This document shows positions 61,501-64,000 of a stretch of DNA of 64,000 nucleotides, piece by piece. The stretch comes from Iphione sp. A-MEVVRFRX5 (taxonomy: Eukaryota): assembly GCA_976226885.1 (NCBI GenBank), contig OZ320314.1, forward strand, positions 6,882,001 through 6,946,000. Direction: 5' to 3'. Numbering within the stretch: the first letter of the stretch is position 1; every line of letters starts with the position of its first letter. The position numbers and the translations under genes were made by a program. Under the pieces are notes generated by a model. That model saw only the letters and a list, made by a program, of their open reading frames with translations, was not told the DNA's origin and searched no databases.

Positions 61501-63769
61501 CCTGGCAATCTGTTGCATGTGTCTTTGTTGTGTTGACCAGGTGAGCCCAGCATCTATACGGTATCCTAGGAAACAACCCTCATATTTCCTTTGTAATGTA
61601 GTCGTGCCTACTCGTAGGTCAAGATCTATTCTTGGTTCATTACCAAACAGCATGTAGAAGCTTTTCTGGGGATTGAGTATGAGTCCTGACGATCGACACC
61701 ACTCTGATACATCGGTGAGCCCTCTCTGTAATTTCAAGCGTAGTGCCATGAGGTTTTTCGCACCAGCATAGAGGGTGATGTCATCAGCATAAAGTATGCT
61801 TTTAACTATCGAGAGGTTAGACGGTAGAGAGTTCATTATTACTGAAAACAGAAGGGGCCCCATGTGGCTTCCCTGGGGTACCCCTTGATGTATTTCCCTC
61901 TCAATTGACTTGGCCCCATTGCATTGTACGAATTGTTTTCTGCCTTTGAGATATGAACATACCCAACTGGTGGTCCTTAGCGAATTTGGATAGGCATTCT
62001 AATAAGTAGTTGTGATTAATGATGTCGAAGGCTGATGACAAGTCGAGAAATATGGCTCCAAAGTGACACCTTCTGTTCAGAGCCTCATGACAGTTCTTTA
62101 ATAACAGAGCCATCGCTGTGGATGTGTCATGGTGAGACCTGAAGCCGTGCTGCTCACGTGTAAGCGACTTTGTTTCCTCTAGGTGTTTTGATGTACTTGC
62201 CTTTCAACCAACTTACCCATTCCGTGGATGACTGACACCGGTCTGTAGTTCTCACATTGTGTTGCTGGTTTTTTCTTCAATATCGGAGTCACCCTCGATA
62301 CCTTCCATGCATCTAAGAAGTAACTATAGTGGAGCGAGATGTTAACTAACATTAGGAATATGCCTAGAAATGAGAGTAAAGTGTCTTTGAAGACTGCCAT
62401 AGGGACGCCATTGATTCCACTCGATTTTTTGTCATGTAATTTGAGTACACCTTTCCTTAAGTCATCTGTCCTCATCAACGGTATATCCCAGCCCTCTTTT
62501 GATGTTCCTAGCCTTTCATATGCAATGTGAGATGCTGCAGTTCCAGATAGTGTACTGGCTTTAGTAACAAACCAGTTATTCAGTACTGTGGGAATGTGTT
62601 CTGGGGGTATTAGACCATTTTCATTGCGGAGTTCAATTTTAGCTCCTCCACTTGTTTTGTGTAGCAGATCTCGGTTTATTACTGTCCAATAGTCCCTCGC
62701 AGTTTTGCACCTCTCTAGTTTGGTCTGATAATAATCTCGCTTGGCGGCTTTTACTAGTTTTACCACTAACTTCTTGTAGAATTTCCCTATCCGAAGAGAG
62801 TCAATGTCGCCGGTATGTCTGAAATCATGAAGGAAATAGTCTCGGTTCTTTATGGCTTCCATTACCTCTGGTGTCATCCAATCATGTTGTGATCTCATTT
62901 TGAAAATCTTGATTGGACATAACTGGTCTGCAGCCGATTTTATGCCCTCCTCTATTCTATTCCATACATATTCGACGTTGTCTACAGACGGTGTAGGTAA
63001 AGACTCAATAAGAGGGGTTAATGCTTCTCTTAAACTTGACCTGGTGTAATTCCTGTAGGTACGTGCTTTGTAGACTGTTTGTTTGGTTGTCTCCCTAGCC
63101 TTCTTGTTCCGTAGAAAAATAGGCAGATGGTCACTAGCTGACACGTCAATTACCCCATGATCCACTACATATGACATGTTTGTGAACGCTAAGTCAAGAC
63201 AGGAATTGGCAGTGTCATGTAATATTGTTGGTGTATTAATCAACTGAATTAGAACATTGTTACTTGATGAGGTAATTCACCCTTCCCTTCGTTTGAGTGG
63301 CAGTTGAATCTGACCAATCAGAGAGCAGCCCGCACAACGCATGGGAAATTCTGAACTATAGACAAAATGGTCTAGCATTGCAGTCAATAAGAAGTTCGAA
63401 TATCTCTGTCTGTGACGAAGGTATGTGGCTTTGATGTTTGGCAGTGGGAGGAGTTTTCATCAAAAGAGTGATCAGTTAATCAGATAATTATCACTGGCAA
63501 TAAATGAAAGAATAAAACTGGGATGAGTGTAAGATTCCTTTGATCGCGATAATTAACGACTGTTTCTGTTGAACAAATAAACCATTATATAAGCTGTACT
63601 CTTTTGCATGCCTTTTGAAGCTTTAGGCTTTGCTTGATCTGTGTACATTGTGTATTGTTATTTTATTCTCAAAGGTGGTGCCCTGGGAGGTACCTGGAAA
63701 AGACACATGCCAATACCTCGCTGGTCAACTGCTGGCTGCGCCTGGTATTGCTAAACTGCATGAACAGCT
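43584..63769 (+). CDS. FAAH: Fatty-acid amide hydrolase-like amidase (partial, continues past window end)
   Basis: Exons 43584-43808, 45643-45750, 46399-46455, 46954-47040, 47673-47744, 50644-50705, 51202-51408, 52701-52744, 57807-57934, 59135-59260, 63675-63769, with continuous phase (one GC donor at 51409). N-terminal hydrophobic segment, GIPISLKD, GAIPFVKTNVPQ, PGGSSSGE, GSDIGGSIRVPAHFCG and PLRVGYY identify the amidase signature and the Lys-Ser-Ser triad. Confidence 0.9.
44120..44463. mobile_element. Harbinger-like MITE copy (opposite orientation to 59294)
   Basis: Same TIRs; body is the reverse complement of 59294-59649. Confidence 0.75.
44584..44892. mobile_element. TA-flanked MITE with about 30-bp CCCATTTTTGCTCC TIR
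   Basis: TA|CCCATTTTTGCTCCggtcccagagaata versus the inverted end tattctcctggattGGAGCAAAAATGGG|TA. Confidence 0.7.
46136..46261. mobile_element. TA-flanked CAGTGG MITE (related copies 35910-36079 inverted, and about 63780-63895 degenerate)
   Basis: TA|CAGTGGACCCC ... GGGGACCACTG|TA. Body ttttcaattgatttttcacatttggttcc is shared between copies. Confidence 0.75.
48400..50561 (+). mobile_element. Degraded CR1/L2-group LINE in FAAH intron 5 (sense)
   Basis: ORFs 48711-49433 and 49676-50347 with NYRPISLL, QFGFR, DLKKAFDTVNH and YLGIILDSSMKF. The GVPQGS region is deleted and YADD reads FTDD. 3' end AATAAA plus (TCTTA)n at 50530-50560. 5' boundary approximate. Confidence 0.88.
52058..52329. mobile_element. 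CAGGCC-type MITE copy with internal (TC)n tract
   Basis: CAGGCCGGTAGCCAGG ... CCTTGGCTATGGGTCTG; homologous to 6666-6846. Confidence 0.6.
52934..53117 (-). repeat. Terminal repeat B2 (184 bp)
   Basis: Reads identical to 53364-53547 (offset 430 bp). Confidence 0.95.
53235..53547 (-). repeat. Internal B1-A2 junction block (B1 53364-53547, A2 53235-53368, sharing TATTG)
   Basis: Matches both termini of the element. The two repeats overlap at TATTG 53364-53368. Confidence 0.95.
53564..54562 (-). CDS. Tyrosine recombinase ORF of the YR retrotransposon
   Basis: Catalytic set present: R (SLLRQSN), K (KWSKT), HxxR (HSFRRGGA), W (GTW) and Y (SRY). The frame is open from 54562 (TAG at 54563-54565) with no N-terminal ATG; the ORF track start at 54517 is TTG. 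Confidence 0.93.
   Translation of the reverse strand, partial: KSCHSDIFTVPELIPLAQRAIQRQREAVTPATHQRRLQQAELGLAFCLHYNFPVDSLKVYQLMLYIEYLSLQGLSPQVCSQYISSLKYVVVQKEYDPSSFTSPQVSASLKAIQMTSSHQVDPKLPVTLFMLKEIVKYLTKLGRLGIVLKAIFAFLFFSLLRQSNISPKTQDQFDSNKQLTRSDLTFSRDFIHVSIKWSKTIRSGPPETITIPRINSECCPVGAIKSMFKTCPTTTGLQPLFVDPLYGRPFTVRKLTTVFRKILSHLGYSPSKYSLHSFRRGGAQALQLAGASDSQILAQGTWKSMPGSSRYTSRHLASIQAAQLMTGYDNWA
54546..56501 (-). CDS. Reverse transcriptase-RNase H ORF of the YR retrotransposon
   Basis: RT motifs KGSTDRRIIVDLS, IDIKRAYRHFP, LPFG and YLDD. RNase H motifs FCDAS, VCDNS and ADALSR. The frame overlaps the 3' end of gag; true start unknown. Confidence 0.93.
   Translation of the reverse strand: MPLLPLRNQQEAGAQARPVSLQEATTPTRTDDPEAGHLQRFSTTTTGPRVVNDRPYHYEEIQLDPILIYDSSPDVVPSTHYRLIASRASAWPTPSQCYSDSLAKIYSTVRQTGLPNHLEAKIQLPSCLNLNKWFELLTPDDPSEFMILQFIMYGFPLGFVGSTIPNHCKKLYPLSPGDHSHVEKYVCTELSYQAISGPYNVDPFKPRSVLSPITTRPKKGSTDRRIIVDLSHSHVNDYIPCNNYYSIPARVQLPSTDYIASLIANSTSPLFVSTIDIKRAYRHFPIDPLDWPLLTFKFNNQFFTDLSLPFGTRYSSLLLQSISEVICHKISSQVPGLVALAYLDDFIFLHPNLDTARSAYHKAKLMFSSLGLQVAHEKCSSPSHDTVWLGVRFQTDIKRMSIPMQKIQSLISDVQKFITTPTVSLTQMQSILGLINFISRCCPSSKFFINSMLDQLRLAKRSQKKIIILNDQSLKDLHWFCEFLPHFNGVYTIPPPKPVDIIFCDASLNGLGAYSSTMFYSVPLPHDVKRLPISPFNVALAVYTLLSPYHCNRRVEIVCDNSAIIFVLSSGRTRDRFLSKIARAVWMKASTNNTSLLFTHRPGSEMIYADALSRISMSPKFQAIVKRFMIENPTCAKVFPTHKNVIEILSF
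56348..57316 (-). CDS. Gag-like ORF1 of the YR retrotransposon (322 aa)
   Basis: ATG-initiated open frame starting just inside A1. C-terminal Cys/His cluster CPKWNNGKC..H..HVCPYC..H..C of the kind seen in DIRS-order gag proteins. Confidence 0.85.
   Translation of the reverse strand: MPDTRNDPPEQVASAELLSKLLSKIQAIEDRLDSIPTTSGNKGKGKHRQPQTVVTRSAARSLHNHLASGSGSGSDDTGTLNQDPNGHSDSNAVPDPTHLKAEEAGKIKEIFSTMYPEALETVGKRLSKPHPAKYIILKDTTTSDLRKASFPQYISGVMSMLLDDSVIQQCDTDVILDHVRDVSEEVHASTWDAIKEWVHEIWQYTTNDRLQWSESDRIEKMKQRAINTHLRDSKAKAMYPTKDNSVPCPKWNNGKCSESSPHIVNDIFLLHVCPYCLYATNKKLEHKHDQCRSKRQQPLPGQTTQRQGTYNDSRRPRQDPEW
57362..57495 (-). repeat. Terminal repeat A1 (134 bp)
   Basis: Direct repeat of 53235-53368 with one substitution (cacggcggggg vs cacggtggggg). 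Confidence 0.95.
58414..58981. mobile_element. 568-bp TIR element with 3-bp TSD (GAA) in FAAH intron 9
   Basis: Left AGTGCTATACCCGTG versus inverted right AGCGCTATACCCATG (13/15). GAA at 58411-58413 and 58982-58984. Contains a 50-51-bp tandem repeat and a duplicated cgcgcacatgggtatag. Confidence 0.6.
59294..59649. mobile_element. PIF/Harbinger-like MITE (TAA TSD); family copies 44120-44463, 60075-60386, 2126-2430
   Basis: TAA|GGCC..AAAAATAGGTGTGTTTCTGGT ... ACCAGAAACACACCTATA..GCC|TAA. Superfamily inferred from the TWA TSD and GG ends. Confidence 0.8.
60075..60386. mobile_element. Harbinger-like MITE copy with internal deletion
   Basis: Same TIRs and body as 59294-59649, followed by TAA. 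Confidence 0.75.
60635..63270 (-). mobile_element. 5'-truncated CR1/L2-group LINE in FAAH intron 10 (antisense)
   Basis: Endonuclease tail (CLDLAFTN, SDHLPIF), then RT (NYRPVSV, QHGFR, DLSSAFD, GVPQGSHMGP, YADD) split by two frameshifts. 3' AATAAA and ATATCAA-repeat tail at about 60635-60660. Confidence 0.9.
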
Positions 63770-64000
63770 GTAAGTTGAATAGAGTGGTCCATCCCCCTAT
63801 AGCTGAGACTTTTGGTTCCTTTAAATTTCGCCAGATATATGGGAATTGTTGGTTTGTGGAACTATTTTGGCTGATTTTTTACATTTGGTTCCCCCCACAG
63901 TGTGTCGGTTAAGCACTACATGTCTAACAAAACGTATATATATATATGATAATATCACTTCTACTTCTCGCATTTTTATGAAGCTGATGCTATGTGAAAG

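Overview
Eukaryotic, intron-rich, AT-rich animal genomic DNA (invertebrate-like; species not identifiable from sequence) with one assembly gap (22729-22862). No rRNA, true tRNA gene or CRISPR array was seen. I hand-assembled three + strand host genes from splice sites and reading phase: a complete METTL27-like methyltransferase (2881-9172, 5 coding exons), a complete ankyrin-repeat/SOCS-box protein (33889-38334, 4 exons) and a FAAH-like amidase (43584 onward, 11 exons in the window, running off the right edge). A decayed class A GPCR lies at about 41.5-42.3 kb on the - strand. Most other sequence is mobile DNA: four CR1/L2-group LINE copies, a Penelope-like relic, a DIRS1-like recombinase relic, a 3.25 kb CMC/EnSpm-like TIR element, a tRNA-derived SINE family, solo-LTR-like repeats and many MITEs. 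The most striking object is a complete, very young split-direct-repeat (Ngaro-type) tyrosine-recombinase retrotransposon (52934-57495) inside a FAAH intron. It has open gag, RT-RNaseH and YR frames and a readable 5-bp TATTG crossover core. It also has an extra unique spacer between its A2 and B2 repeats and apparently lacks the RNase H catalytic Glu. I found nothing I can defend as a wholly new biological system; the best leads are this element variant, the EnSpm-like element and stop-containing partial exon duplications in two host genes. All family assignments come from recalled motifs, not database searches.
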